NCBI GenBank assembly: GCA_964016885.1
Contig: OZ024752.1
Location: 42,780,001 to 42,844,000 of the forward strand
Direction: 5' to 3'
From: Eledone cirrhosa
Taxonomy: Eukaryota
DNA length: 64,000 bases
Shown: positions 15,470 to 29,029 of the stretch, piece after piece
How the letters are laid out: every line of letters begins with the position of its first letter
Numbering within the stretch: the stretch's first letter is position 1
Notes under the pieces: generated by a model
Told to the model about the DNA's origin: nothing
The model's input: the letters and a program-made list of their open reading frames with translations, nothing else
Databases searched by the model: none
Made by a program: the position numbers and the translations under genes

Positions 15470-16674
15470 TATACTATAATATTTACTATTATATTTTCAC
15501 GGTAAAGGTTTTACCTCATATAATTATCCCACATAATATTGAATCTACGAGATTTTGATATTATTTATTTTGAAAACAATACCATAACCCTTTAGCATTT
15601 AAACTGGCCATATCCGGAATTCTCCCACCTCTTTCTGTTCAAACTGGCTGTAACTGGCTGCTCCCACCTCTTTCTGTTCAAACTGGCTGTAACTGGCTGC
15701 TCATACTTATGTTAAGTTATTGTTCTCAAAATAAATAATATCAAAATCTCGTAGATTCGATATTATGTGAGATAAAGTGTTTACCATGAAAATATAATAG
15801 TAAATATAGAGTAATGTAAATACTAAAGGGTTAATATTAGTATGAGTGACAGTTACAGCCGGTTTCAACAGAAAGAGGTAAGAGAATTTTGGCATGATAC
15901 GGCCAGTTTAAATGCTAAAAGGTTAAGTTAAAGGAACCCCTTTGATACCAAACTACATGAAACCACAACTGGTTGTATGTACAATAAAAAAAAAAAATAA
16001 TAAATAAATAAAAAAAAAAATTGTTTTAAAATGTTTATATTTATTTAAAAACCTTCCATCATAATTTTGTATAAAAACCATTGTTAAGTTATGTTCCAAC
16101 TCCAGTTTAATAATGAGATTAATTATATTTTTAAATACTTCTAAATTGTGGATTATTTAAAAAAAAGATATTTCATTAGAAATATGGGGAAAAAAAGGGT
16201 TAATCTCTCTCTCGCTTGCTTATCTCTCTCTCTCCCCCTCATATATTTATTCTATTGTTGCTACTTTTATAGAATATTCTCCATTAGACAATATTTCTTT
16301 CAACTTAGTCTAATAACCTAACATATTTCACCTTACAGAAACACAAATGCAAAGAATTTTTGCATCACAAAATAAAACATATTGCTAACATCTTTCTCAA
16401 ATGTAAATTTTTCATTCAATTACTAACATATGTAGAGTTAAAAAAAAAAAAAAAAAAGCAGTCATATTTTGTTGTGATTCATATATTTTCATATTGGCAA
16501 AGCTATTATCCTCCATAAAACCTTCATAGTTTTCTTTCCTTAGTATATTCTCTTAGTAAAATGGTGATGATTATGATGTATCTATCTTCTTCAAAGACTC
16601 CTGTTAATGTATTTTGCAATATTTTTCTATTCAAGTATATGTTAGACATGTTAAACAGAATCTGTAAAATTGTT

Positions 16675-17365
16675 GTTGCCTCTGGCATCAGTTGCCAGTG
16701 TCTCTGGTTGCCTCTGTCACCAGTTGCCAGTGTCTCTGGTTGCCTCTGACATCAGTTGCCAGTGTCTCTGGTTGCCTCTGTCACCAGTTGCCAGTGTCTC
16801 TGGTTGCCTCTGTCACCAGTTGCCAGTGTCTCTGGTTGCCTCTGTCACCAGTTGCCAGTGTCTCTGGTTGCCTCTGACATCAGTTGCCAGTGTCTCTGGT
16901 TGCCTCTGACATCAGTTGCCAGTGTCTCTGGTTGCCTCTGACTCCAATTGCCAGTGTCTCTGGTTGCCTCTGACATTCAGTTGCCAGTGTCTCTGGTTGC
17001 CTCTGACTCCAATTGCCAGTGTCTCTGGTTGCCTCTGACATTCAGTTGCCAGTGTCTCTGGTTGCCTCTGTCACTAGTTGCCAGTGTCTCTGGTTGCCTC
17101 TGTCACCAGTTGCCAGTGTCTCTGGTTGCTTCTGTCTCCAATTGCCTCCATTGGGTTGCCTGTCTCTGGCTGCCTCTGTCTCCTGTTGCCGGTGGCTCCA
17201 GTTGCCTCTTTCTCCGGTTGCTTCTGTCTCTAATTACCTCTTTCCCCGGTTGCTAGTATCACCAGTTGCCTCTGTCTCTAGTTGCCTCTGTCTCTAGTTG
17301 CCTCTGTCTCCAATTGCCTCTGTTTCCAGTTGTCCCTATCTCCAATTGCCTCTGCTTCTGGTTGC
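16675..17365. repeat. 32-bp (2x16-bp) minisatellite
   Basis: Unit CAGTTGCCAGTGTCTCTGGTTGCCTCTGTCAC, decaying to 16-bp GTTGCCTCTGTCTCCA units at the 3' end. Confidence 0.9.
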
Positions 17366-17999
17366 TGCAGTCATATGCTATTTTGTGCTTTCCAAGAATG
17401 TTTTGTTTATGAGGTTTGTTAATTCAAATGTGTATAGTATCTTTACTAGTGGACAGATGATTGTGAAAATTTGCAGTATTAAAGCAAAAACTTTAATTTT
17501 CAATGTAATGCTGTCAGAGATCTGTTTTGTAATTTTCAAGAATGTCTTACTAAGGTGGTTTCATGCAGTACAGAATGTTAAGCAGGTTCATGTAAATATA
17601 ACAGTTTCTACAGGAAAATAAAACGAAAAATAAACTTTGTTTGTTTTGACCACCCATAGAAGATGTTGTGTGTGTGTGTGTGTGTGCGTGAAGGCGTGCG
17701 GATTCAAGGTTAGTGTTTGGCTCATGATTGTAAGGTTTTGTAATGTCACTAATAATAGTCAATATCTTATGACACATATAAAGGTTTCTTATTTTAGGCT
17801 CAAGGCCAGCAGTTTTTTTTTGGGGGGGGAGTCAATTAAATCATCCCCAGTACATTACTGGTACTTTATTTTATCGACCCTGTAAGGATCAAAGGCAAAG
17901 TTAACCTTGGCAGTCACTAATAGTTGTTTCTACTTTTGGTAGATACACACACACACACACACACACAGACATACATATAATTGTTTCTACTTTTGATAG

Positions 18000-18054
<55 letters not shown>

Positions 18055-18494
18055 ATTGTTTCTACGTTTGGCACAAAGCCAGCAATTACCCAGTGTATTA
18101 CTGGTACTTTATTTTATCAACCCCCGTAAGGATGAAAGGCAAAGTTAACCTCGATGGGATTTGAACTTAGTCCGTAAAGGGACATAACTCTATGCTGCAA
18201 AGCATGTCGTCCGGCCCTCTACCGATACTGCCAATCCCACTAATAATTGTTTCTACTTTAGGCACAAGGCCAGCAAATACCCAGTGTATTACTGGTACTT
18301 TATTTTATCGACCCCGTAAGGATGAAAAGCAAAGCTAACCTCGACAGGATTTGAACTCAGAATGGCAAGGGCCGTAACTCTATGCGCCAATCCACTGCCA
18401 ATCCCACTAATAATAGCCAATAATTTTGTTGGATATTTTCTTCTCATTTTAAATTAATTGATATCTCCCAAGATAAAAGATTTTCAAAGCTAAT

Positions 18495-19012
18495 TCTTTC
18501 TCTCTCTCTCTCTTCTCTCTCGCCCCCTCTCTCTCTGTCTCTCTCTCTCTTCTCGCTCGCCCCCTCTCTCTCTGTCTCTCTCTCTTCTTCTCGCTCGCCC
18601 CTCTCTCTCTGTCTCTCTCTCTCTTCTCGCTCGCCCCCTCTCTCTCTGTCTCTCTCTCTCTTCTCGCTCGCCCCTCTCTATCTGTCTCTCTCCCTTCTTC
18701 TCGCTCGCCCCTCTCTTTCCTCTGTCTCTCTCTTTCTTGCTTTCTCTCCCCCTCTATTGCTCCTCTCTTCTCTCTCTCCTTCCACCCCCCCATGTCTCCC
18801 CACCTCTCCTATTCCTGTCTACCCCCTCCCCCGTCCATCTCGCTCTCTTTCTTGCTCTCTCTCCCCCTCCCCCTTATTTCTATATATCTCTCCTTCCACC
18901 CCCCACGTCTCCCCACCTCCCCTATTTCTATATATCTCTCCTTCCACTCCCACGTCTCCCCACCTCCCCTATCTTCCCCTATTCCTTTCTACCCCCCTTA
19001 CTCGTCCATCCA

Positions 19013-19066
<54 letters not shown>
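18495..19066. repeat. Polypyrimidine (CT)-rich compound repeat
   Basis: CTCGCTCGCCCCTCTCTCTCTGTCTCTC units and (CT)n. Confidence 0.9.
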
Positions 19067-19069
<3 letters not shown>

Positions 19070-19395
19070 GAAACTGAAAACTTTATCAACGACAGCAACA
19101 GCTGCTGTTGTTGCTGTTACAAGGTTATTTAGTTAATGATGTTGATATCAGTAATTTGAGTGGGTAGGGGCTTCTCCTTCAGTAATTAGATATTTGTGGT
19201 GTTAACTACTACTCTAGTATGTTTGTATGATAACTGATGCTGAATGAGGTGGCGGGTAGGTTGATAGGTTAACTGTTGCTATGGTTATACTAACTGGATT
19301 ACATAAGCATGTGGTTGTGTGTATATATGTATGTACGTATATATGTATATATATATATATATGTATGTACGTTTTGCATCTGTGTATTCTTGAAC

Positions 19396-19428
<33 letters not shown>

Positions 19429-19731
19429 AATGTAGATCCTGAGTAAAATCGGGCAGAAACCACAGTTAAAAAAGGTACTCAGTACATTAGTAGAGTGTAA
19501 ACATCATTATTTAATATAAAATAAAGTACCAGTAATGCACTGGGTAATTGCTGACCTTGTGCCTAACGTAGAAACAATTATTTAATATAGAAATGGCATC
19601 TACAGGACTAGAACTGTTTCTTTCGTTTGAAATCATCATAATCATTCCTGATGATTTCATATGAATGAAACAGTTCTAGTCCTGTAGATACCATTTCTAT
19701 ATTAAATAATGATGTATATATTATATATATA

Positions 19732-19793
<62 letters not shown>

Positions 19794-19920
19794 ATGCCCT
19801 AAGGACAGACACTGGTCTGTTGGAGACGCAGGACAAGGCAGCGATAATGAGGGACAGAGACCGCTGGAGAGAACTCGTCCATGGATCTCGGGAATTTTAC
19901 CCGCCTTAGATAGATAGATA

Positions 19921-19962
<42 letters not shown>

Positions 19963-20642
19963 CCTTGAGCAAGACGACACTTTATTTCACATTGCTCCAG
20001 TTTACTCAGCTGTAGAAATGAGATGATAGGGACTGGGATCCATATCATTCCACTGCAAAGTGGTCGTGCAGGTGCCACGGCAAAAAAGTACCCAGCACTC
20101 ACTGTAAATGAGGTTGGTGTTAGGAAGGGCATCCAGCTGTAGAAACCAAGCCAAAGTCAGTTCCCGTCCCACCCTTGCAAGCAGGGAAAAAGTGGACGTA
20201 AAATGAAATGATGATATATACAATGATATTAAATAAATGGAAACTATATTTATAAAACCATATTTATAAATATAGTTTCCATTTATGTAATATCATTGAA
20301 TACTTACTCCAGAAAACTGTCGAGTGCTCTAAATCAGTTATAAACATCTATATTTGTTGGATTTCTAACAAATTAAATATCTCTTTGTGGTTGGTGTTAG
20401 GAAGGGCATCCAGCCGTAGAAAACCCGCCAGACAGTCCTATACGAGCAGGACAACAAATCTTGCCTCAAGTGGGAAAACTCCCGTCCAAACCCATGCAAG
20501 CGTGGAAGATGGACGTTAAACGATGATGATGATGATAGTAATAATAACACATGTGATGACTAAAATCCGAAGAGGGCTCGATAAGGATAATATCCCATTA
20601 AGGGTGAAAGCAGTGATTCTTTGCTTAAACTTTAATCTGTTA

Positions 20643-20690
<48 letters not shown>

Positions 20691-22093
20691 CATACATACA
20701 AGAACAAAGAGGGTGTGGTAAGATACCAGGTGGACCATAAAGCACCAGAGTACTCAATACTTAGGATAGTAGAGTGGGTAATAAGGAAAGACTCAGGACC
20801 CCGGGGGATACAGAACGTTCAAACATTAATTGAATGAACACTAGGGCGGTGGATTGGCAGTATCGGTAGAGGGTCTGACGCTATGCTTTGCAGCAAAGAG
20901 TTACGCCCCTTTATGGTTTGAGTTCAAATCCCGCCGAGGTTAACTTTGCCTTTCATCCTTACGGGGTCGGTAAAATAAAGTACCAGTAATGCACTGGATA
21001 ATTGCTGGCCTTGTGCCAAAAGTAGAAACAATTAATTGAATGAACACTCAATACATGTTAGCAGAGTATAAGGTTTATTATAAAACTTTGAAGTCACTAT
21101 CACCTCTGTCTGTCTATGCATGTGTGACTGAGAGAGATAGTTTCGCTCTGGCTGTTTTGGACCTAGCTATGGAAACAACCATCGGGGGTCCTGAGAGAGA
21201 GATCCGGAATGTTCTAAATTTGAAAGGATTACAATTTACTAATGGATTATACCTTACTAATGAAAGGGTCGATGAAGAGTGAAGTATTCCGTGGAAAGGG
21301 TTAATGGTGTAAAACGTTTTGGGATGTCAGAATCATTTAGGATTGTTAACAATGACATATATTTAACTTAGTCATTCTGTGTACTTAATACAATGAAATG
21401 AAAGCTTACTACTGGCCTTCAAATACATGGCTTAGCTGAAGAAGGGACATATCAATGACATGTTTGAATTCCAGTTCACTTTTCAGAAATAATTCTGTCT
21501 ATATAATATTATCTCATATGCAAAGTCAACCTCGGCGGGATCTGAGTTCAAATCCCGCCGAGGTTGACTTTGCCTTTCATCCTTACGAGGTCGATAAAAT
21601 AAAGTACCAGTAATGCACTGGGTAATTGCTGGCCTTGTGCCTAAAGTAGAAACAATTATCTCATATGCAGTGGGTTGGCAGTATCGGTAGAGGGTCAAAC
21701 GCCATGATTTGCAGCACAGAGTTACGGCCCTTTAAGGTCTGAGTTCAAATCTCGCCGAGGTTAGCTTTGCCTTTCATCCTTACACGGGGGTCGATAAAAT
21801 AAAGTACCAGTAATAAACTGGGGATAATTGCTGGCCTTGTGCCAAAAGTAGAAACAAGTATCTCATAGGACAGTGGATTGGCAGAATCGGTAGAACATCG
21901 AACAACACGCTTTGCAGCATAGAGTTACGGCCCTTTATAGTCTGAGTTCAAATCCTGCGGGGTCGATAAAATAAAGTACCAGTAATGCACTGGGGTTGAT
22001 TTAATCGATTTTCTCCTCCCCCAAATTTGCTGGCCTTAGAAACCATTATCTCATAGTCAGAACAAACAATAGAATTGTAAGTGACAGACTTCT

Positions 22094-22575
22094 ATTTAGG
22101 GTGTTGCACTGAGGAGAATGCATAATTTTAGCCCTTTCATTACTATATTTCTAATAAAATATATTTAGGGTGTTGCAAGGAAAATATTTGACTGAGGAGA
22201 ATACATAACTTTAGCCCTTTCATTACTATATTTCTAATAAAATATATTTAGGGTGTTGCAAGGAAAATATTTGACTGAGGAGAATACATAACTTTAGCCC
22301 TTTCATTACTATATTTCTAATAAAATATATTTAGGGTGTTGCAAGGAAATATTTGACTGAGGAGAATACATAACTTTAGCCCTTTCATTACTATATTTCT
22401 AATAAAATATATTTAGGGTATTGCAAGGAAATATTTGACTGAGCAGAATACATAACTTTAACCCTTTCATTACCATATTTCTAATAAAATATATTTAGGG
22501 TGTTGCAAAGAAATATTTGACTGAGGAGAATACATAACTTTAGCCCTTTCATTACTATATTTCTAATAAAATATA
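22094..22575. repeat. ~83-bp tandem array (MITE-derived)
   Basis: TTTAGGGTGTTGCAAGG...CTGAGGAGAATACATAACTTTAGCCCTTTCATTACTATATTTCTAATAAAATATA repeated ~6 times. Confidence 0.85.
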
Positions 22576-23414
22576 CACACTGCTTCTGATTTGGGAATTG
22601 ATACAGAACTTAACAATGGTTCTGATATTGAGTTATGATGGAAGAGTTTTAGATGAATATAAACAACCTATTTATTGCCATATTTCTAACAAAACACACA
22701 TACTGAAGGATTTAGTAATATAATGATGAACTTTCTCATGATTAAGTTTGTAATTGGAACATAGCAAACGTTTTTATATTGAATTATGATGAGGTTTTTT
22801 TTAGAAAAATATAATCAACACCTTTATTACCATATTTCTAATGAAAAACTGCGTATAATTTTTAATTAATATTGAAAATAATCAAAAATTCGTAAGGATT
22901 TAATCATATATCTTTCTCATTATTAAGCTGGTGTTTTGAACATAGTTTTTATATAAAATTATGTTGGAAGGTTTTAGATAATTATAAAAACTTTAAAATG
23001 TTTTGTACCATAAAACCATGGGTGATTTCTTTCAGGTGGTTTGGTATCACAATGGTGTTTCAGTTTTGATTAACACAAGGATTATTTTCTCATTCATTAA
23101 AGATAAAACAAGTAAATAAATGTTTAAATAAACGATCCTGGTATAATAAGCATGGTTCTTCTCTTTTCCAAACTATATTCCACTTATTTTTTCACATATA
23201 AACTATTGATAAAATATTGTATTTCATTTTGAGATGTAAATGATTTTTTTTCCCAAGCTGCTATTGTTTTTGTTTTAAACTCCTTGCTATCGAATTTAAT
23301 TATTTTATGAAATTAATTTACATTAAAAAGCTACTGCAAAAAAACCAAAACAACAACAAAAAACCTTGTATTTCCAATGAAACTTTTTTAATGAATCAAC
23401 AACTGGGGATCACT

Positions 23415-23945
23415 GGACACATAGATCAACAGCTGTAGTAGATTTCTTGTTTGGTGCTGGCTCAACTCATCTACAGTGTATGTTGACACAGACAGATCAA
23501 CATCTGTAATAGATTCCTTATTTAGAGCTGGCTCAACTCATCTTCAGTGTATGTTGACACAGACAGATCAACAGCTGTAGTAGATTTCTTGTTTGGTGCT
23601 GGCTCAACTCATCTTCAGTGTATGTTGACACAGACAGATCAACATCTGTAATAGATTCCTTATTTAGAGCTGGCTCAACTCATCTTCAGTGTATGTTGAC
23701 TCAGCAGACCAACAGCTTTAGATTCACTGGCTGGAGCTAGTTCAACTCATCTTGAGTGTATGTTAACATAGCAGTCAGACTTACAGCTGTAGTAGATTCC
23801 TTGTTTGGAACTGGCTCAACTCATCTTCAGTGTATGTTGACACAGAAAGATCAACAGCTGTAATAGATTCCTTATTTAGAGCTGGCTCAACTCATCTTCA
23901 GTGTATGCCAACACAAACAGATCAACTGTGGATTCACTGGTTGGA
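23415..23945. repeat. ~65-bp minisatellite with alternating unit types
   Basis: GCTGGCTCAACTCATCTTCAGTGTATGTTGACACAGACAGATCAAC units, alternating TTCTTGTTTGGT and TCCTTATTTAGA variants. Confidence 0.85.
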
Positions 23946-25370
23946 AACATCACTTCCTTTTTCAATTTGGAGGATCAACAGTGTTCTAATTGATTCCTTA
24001 TTCTTTCTCTTTATTTCCTAACTAAAGTACAACAACGATTTTAGTAGCATATAGTACAATAAGCACTTTAAGGCCATTTTCCTTGCTAAGGCAGGGGTTA
24101 ACCTTGAGAGACCCTTGACCGGTTTCACACAATGTTTTATGACCAGATACTCATTATGGTGCAAACCCTTGTATTTGCTTCTTGTGGGTTACAGTGTATC
24201 TATTCTAAAGCAGATACAGTTAAACATTTAGTAGTAGTAATAGTAGTTTATTAATTATTCAGATGAGAAATAATAACTAACCACAGCCATTTAATTTAAT
24301 TTCATATATTATTTAGAAAGTATTTTGAGAAATTTGTTAAATTCTTGTTTAAAAAGTTAAAGAAAAAAATGTTTGCTTTTGGTAAAATCAGAGTTGAATG
24401 AAGTAGCTGAGAAATAGCCAAGTTGGAACGAAATTTCTTTCATTCAGTGTTTTTATTCCAGTGAGGAATGTTGGCTATACATTTTTGTTAACCAAAATAT
24501 TTACATTGAAATGGTTAATTTATATACAAGTGTAAAAAATATAATTGAAAGTACTAGTATGCTTAATCTCAGAACATAGGCAGTATAATGGCTCACTTTC
24601 AGTTTTGTTTTTCCCCATATAATTTAGAAATTTTATTTAAAATAGTTTGATGTATTTATTCTATAATCAAGAAAATACTTCCAAATGAAGTGAAATTGGT
24701 TAAAAGAAATCCTTATTTTCAGTTTAAAAAACAAAACAATTAAACATTCAAATTCAAACAATTTATTTGTAATTCAGAAAGTATTTAAAAATCAAGTAAA
24801 AAACTCTTTTTTTTTTTTTTTAAATTTGAAAGTAAACTAATAGTTTATTTTAAAATATTGTAAATCATTTGAGAATTTGGAAGTAAATACTTATTTCTAG
24901 ACCCTGCCAGGCCAAATGTTTTGATCCCACTTTGTAGCATCTTGGGCAAGTTTCTTTTACCAAGCATAAAATCAGATCAACCTAAGACTTGTGAATGAAA
25001 GCAGTTAGGAGGAAACTATTTGGAAGCTCATTCAATGAACCCAACTAATAATTCAAAGGCCCAACTCATCACATATGTCACATCGAATCTTGCTGACATT
25101 TATACATTATTCTATGTACTATACATGCACCTTTGATGAGTTGTAGTGCACCTGAACACTATACAATACTTTTCATTATTATTATTACATGTGTCAAATG
25201 GGTTGTTTTACTGAATCTGATTTAATTTTGTGTATTCTGGGTTCAAATTCTACCTTCTTCTGTCAGGAGTTACAACTGGTGGATAGTATCACCTACAGAA
25301 ATACCAATGGAAACATTGTTTTCTTGTAATGATGTATATTAATCCATACACAATATGTTTATATATAATA

Positions 25371-25409
<39 letters not shown>

Positions 25410-25465
25410 CAATTTAGTAGTCAAATACAATTCTTAAGCTCTAAGAAAATAGTTCTGAGCATTAC

Positions 25466-25777
25466 AGTACAATTTAAAAAAAATATGATCAACACTAATG
25501 TGTTTTTGCAAAATGACAATAATTTTTTAGCCAGATAGAAATACCTTAATTCAAGTACATATAGTCGCCTGTATCGATCTAGAGAATATTAAATATTAAA
25601 TCTATAATTACAGACGTAAAATTGCCATTTTACGTCTGTAAGTATAGATTTAATATTTAATATTCTCTAGATCGATACAGGCGACTATATGTACTTGAAT
25701 TAAGGTATTTCTATCTGGCTAAAAAATTATTGTCATTTTGCAAAAACATATTAGTGTTGATCATATTTTTTTAAATT

Positions 25778-25782
<5 letters not shown>
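25466..25782. repeat. Long near-perfect inverted repeat
   Basis: Arms 25466-25622 and 25627-25782 around loop TGCC, lying between (TA)n tracts. Confidence 0.9.
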
Positions 25783-25820
<38 letters not shown>

Positions 25821-26036
25821 TGAATATAAAAGAAAAATGAACACAGATTTTATATTCAATTATAATATATGGCTCGGAAATATCGCTTTCTTAGAGCTAT
25901 TTTGTTGTAAGAGACTATTTTGAGTTCCTAACTCAATATATACCTTTGATATATATATATATATATATATAATAGTAGAACACTAGTGGGTTATATCCGT
26001 AGTAGTAAAGCACTTAGTCCATGGGGAGAGTTTGGT

Positions 26037-26190
26037 AGAAGTAGTTCCACAACAGTTAGTTCACCATACCGAGAACAATTGTTTCACTTTATTCGGATCT
26101 TCAGCCCGGATTTTAGACCGAGCTGAGGATCCAAATAAGGTGAAACAATTGTTCTCAGTATGGTGAACTAACTGTTGTGGAACTACTTCT
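26037..26190. repeat. Fold-back palindrome carrying two opposed hammerhead motifs
   Basis: ~73-bp arms around an 8-nt loop. + strand 26117-26159: ACCGAG-CUGAGGA-UCC-AAAUAA-GGU-GAA-ACAAUUGU-U-CUCAGU. Mirror copy on the - strand at 26069-26109. Confidence 0.75.
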
Positions 26191-26871
26191 CTCTCTATAT
26201 ATAGTCTCACTTCAAGTATTTTAAGCTGTGATCATATATACACCTTCATTCTAAACCATTCTGTGCTAATGCTACTGATTATTGCTTCCTCGGTTCAATT
26301 TGGCATTCAGCTCCTTTTATTTGTTAAACTAATTGCCTGGGTTTGGTTCCTAGACCAGACAGTGTTGTGTTCATGATTAAGATGTTTTATTTCATGTTTC
26401 TCATGGCAGGACTGGGGCCCCTATCATTAAAACATCAGAGACATAACCTCATATAAGGCCAGTTAAACCTTCGTAGAAATGAACTGTAACAGCAAATATG
26501 TATACGTACACATAATAGGTCTGTGGCCTCTATCATTAAAATATCCAATAAATATCCATTGAGATACGACCTTGCTGGAGGTCAGCTAAATTCACATAGG
26601 TGTTAACTGTAACAACAACATGGTAGGGCTGGGAACTTCTCTGTCATTAAAACACTTGAGACGCTTCCTATGATATGCAACCTTGTAGGAGGTCAATTAA
26701 ACCTACACATATGTAAGATGTAACAAGATGTATATATGCTCACATACATACACATGGTAGGACTAGGTACCCCTCTATCATTAAAATACTGGAGAGACTT
26801 CCTATGAGATACAAGCCACATGGCAGGCCAGTTTAACCTACATAGGTGTCAGCTGTAATAATGTTAAGACT

Positions 26872-27857
26872 AACACTTCTATTAAAATGCCTGAGAAGGT
26901 TCCTATGAGATACAACCTTGCAATGAAGCCAGTCAAACCTACATATGTCTGAGCTATACATTTCATTTCCAACACTTCTATTAAAATGCCTGAGAAGGTT
27001 CCAATGAGATACAACCTTGCAATGAAGCCAGTCAAACCTACATATGTCTGTGCTATACATTTCATTTCCAACACTTCTATTAAAATGCCTGAGAAGGTTC
27101 CAATGAGATACAACCTTGCAATGAAGCCAGTCAAACCTACATATGTCTGTGCTATACATTTCATTTCCAACACTTCTATTAAAATGCCTGAGAAGGTTCC
27201 AATGAGATACAACCTTGCAATGAAACCAGCCAAACCTACATATGTCTGTGCTATACATTTCATTTCCAACACTTCTATTAAAATGCCTGAGAAGGCTCTT
27301 ATGAGATACAACCTTGCAATGAAGCCAGTCAAACCTACATATGTCTGTGCTATACATTTCATTTCCAACACTTCTATTAAAATGCCTGAGAAGGTTCCTA
27401 TGAGATACAACCTTGCAATGAAGCCAGTCAAACCTACATATGTCTGTGCTATACATTTCATTTCCAACACTTCTATTAAAATGCCTGAAAAGGTTCCTAT
27501 GAGATACAACCTTGCAATGAAGCCAGCCAAACCTACATATGTCTGAGCTATACATTTCATTTCCAACACTTCTATTAAAATGCCTGAAAAGGTTCCTATG
27601 AGATACAACCTTGCAATGAAGCCAGCCAAACCTCCATATGTCTGAGCTATACATTTCATTTCCAACACTTCTATTAAAATGCCTGAGAAGGCTCTTATGA
27701 GATACAACCTTGCAATGAAGCCAGTCAAACCTACATATGTCTGTGCTATACATTTCATTTCCAACACTTCTATTAAAATGCCTGAGAAGGCTCTTATGAG
27801 ATACAACCTTGCAATGAAGCCAGTCAAACCTACATATGTCTGTGCTATACATTTCAT
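26872..27857. repeat. 99-bp tandem array (~10 copies)
   Basis: 33-aa periodicity in three ORFs. Degenerate relatives at 26405-26870 and 8757-9110. Confidence 0.95.
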
Positions 27858-27911
27858 CTCAATTTCATTTCTTTTTTCTTTCTAATTTACTTTCTTGGTT
27901 TTATTTTTCAG

Positions 27912-28097
27912 AAATATAATATACCAGTTGTGAATAACTATGCTGTGGCTCCACATCATTCTGGAGTCTATCCCGTTCATGAACCACTCTATGAGGCTTG
28001 GCATAAAGTCTGGAATATCTCGGTATCAAGTACAGAGGAATATTTACATTTGAGACCTGCCAGGCGAAGGAGAGGTTTCTTATATCGAGGGATTAAG
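27912..28097 (+). CDS. NDST: NDST exon
   Basis: tttcag|AAA...AAG|gtaaac, 186 nt, phase 0-0. [62 protein letters not shown]. Confidence 0.96.
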
Positions 28098-28127
28098 GTA
28101 AACAAAATCAAGAAATAAATACCTTCT

Positions 28128-28790
28128 TGGATGTTGGCGATGTTGTTGATGATGATGATGATGATGATGATGTATGTGGTAGTGTTGGTGGCAGTGATGG
28201 GGGGGTGTTGATGTTGGTGATGGTGTTGGTGACAGTAATGGGGGATATTGATGATGATGATGATGACAATGGTGGTGGCAGTGATGGGGGATGTTGATGT
28301 TGGTGGTGGTGGTGGTGGTGGTGGTGTTGGTGACAGTAATGGGGGATGTTGATGATGATGATGATGGCAATGGTGGTGGTAGTGTTGGTGGCAGTGATGG
28401 GGGATGTTGATGTTGGTGGTGGTGGTGTTAGTGGTGTTGGTGACAGTAATGGGGGATGTTGATGTTGATGTTGGTGATGGTTAATGGTGATGTTGGTGTT
28501 GGTGGTGATGGGAATGTTGATGTTTATGATGGTGTTGGTGTTGATGGTGGTGGTGTTGGTGGTGTTGGTGGTGATGGTGTTGGTGGTGGGGTTGATGGTG
28601 TTGGTGGTGGTGTTGATGGTGTTGGTGGTGATGTTGATGGTGGTGTTGATGTTGATGGTGTTGGTGGTGATGTTGATGGTGTTGGTGGTGATGTTGATGG
28701 TGTTGATGTTGATGTTGGTGGTGATGTTGATGGTGATGGTGTTGGTGGTGATGTTGATGTTGATGTTTATGGTGATGTTGATGGTAAATG
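28128..28790. repeat. (GGT/GAT/GTT)n trinucleotide-rich tract
   Basis: Direct inspection; intronic. Confidence 0.9.
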
Positions 28791-28900
28791 GTGAACTTCC
28801 AAAGAAATAGACAGTATAAAGATTTATTTCACTTGTAGAAGATGTAAATTGTTATTTACCATGGAAATATTTATACAATAAACTTATGTTTCCAATGCAG

Positions 28901-29029
28901 GTTCTTCCGCGTCAAACATGTGGTCTTTATACACACAACCTCCTCATAGACAAGTACCCGGGTGGCAGGGAGAAGCTTGACAATAGCATTCGAGGTGGAG
29001 AGCTTTTCCAGACATTTCTCTACAACAAG
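28901..29029 (+). CDS. NDST: NDST exon
   Basis: atgcag|GTT...AAG|gtgagt, 129 nt. VLPRQTCGLYTHNLLIDKYPGGREKLDNSIRGGELFQTFLYNK. Confidence 0.96.

Noticed and set aside
23540-23620. CTGAAGA...GAAA on the minus strand within the ~65-bp array
   Set aside because: No convincing stem II or adjacent stem I pairing; likely chance.
26833-27857. Two 339-aa ORFs with 33-aa repeats
   Set aside because: Product of a 99-bp tandem array open in several frames and on both strands; intronic, with no splice or domain support.
28456-28810. Gly/Asp/Val-rich and Met/Val-rich ORFs, also 59887-60449
   Set aside because: Trinucleotide-repeat tracts inside introns of correctly phased genes.
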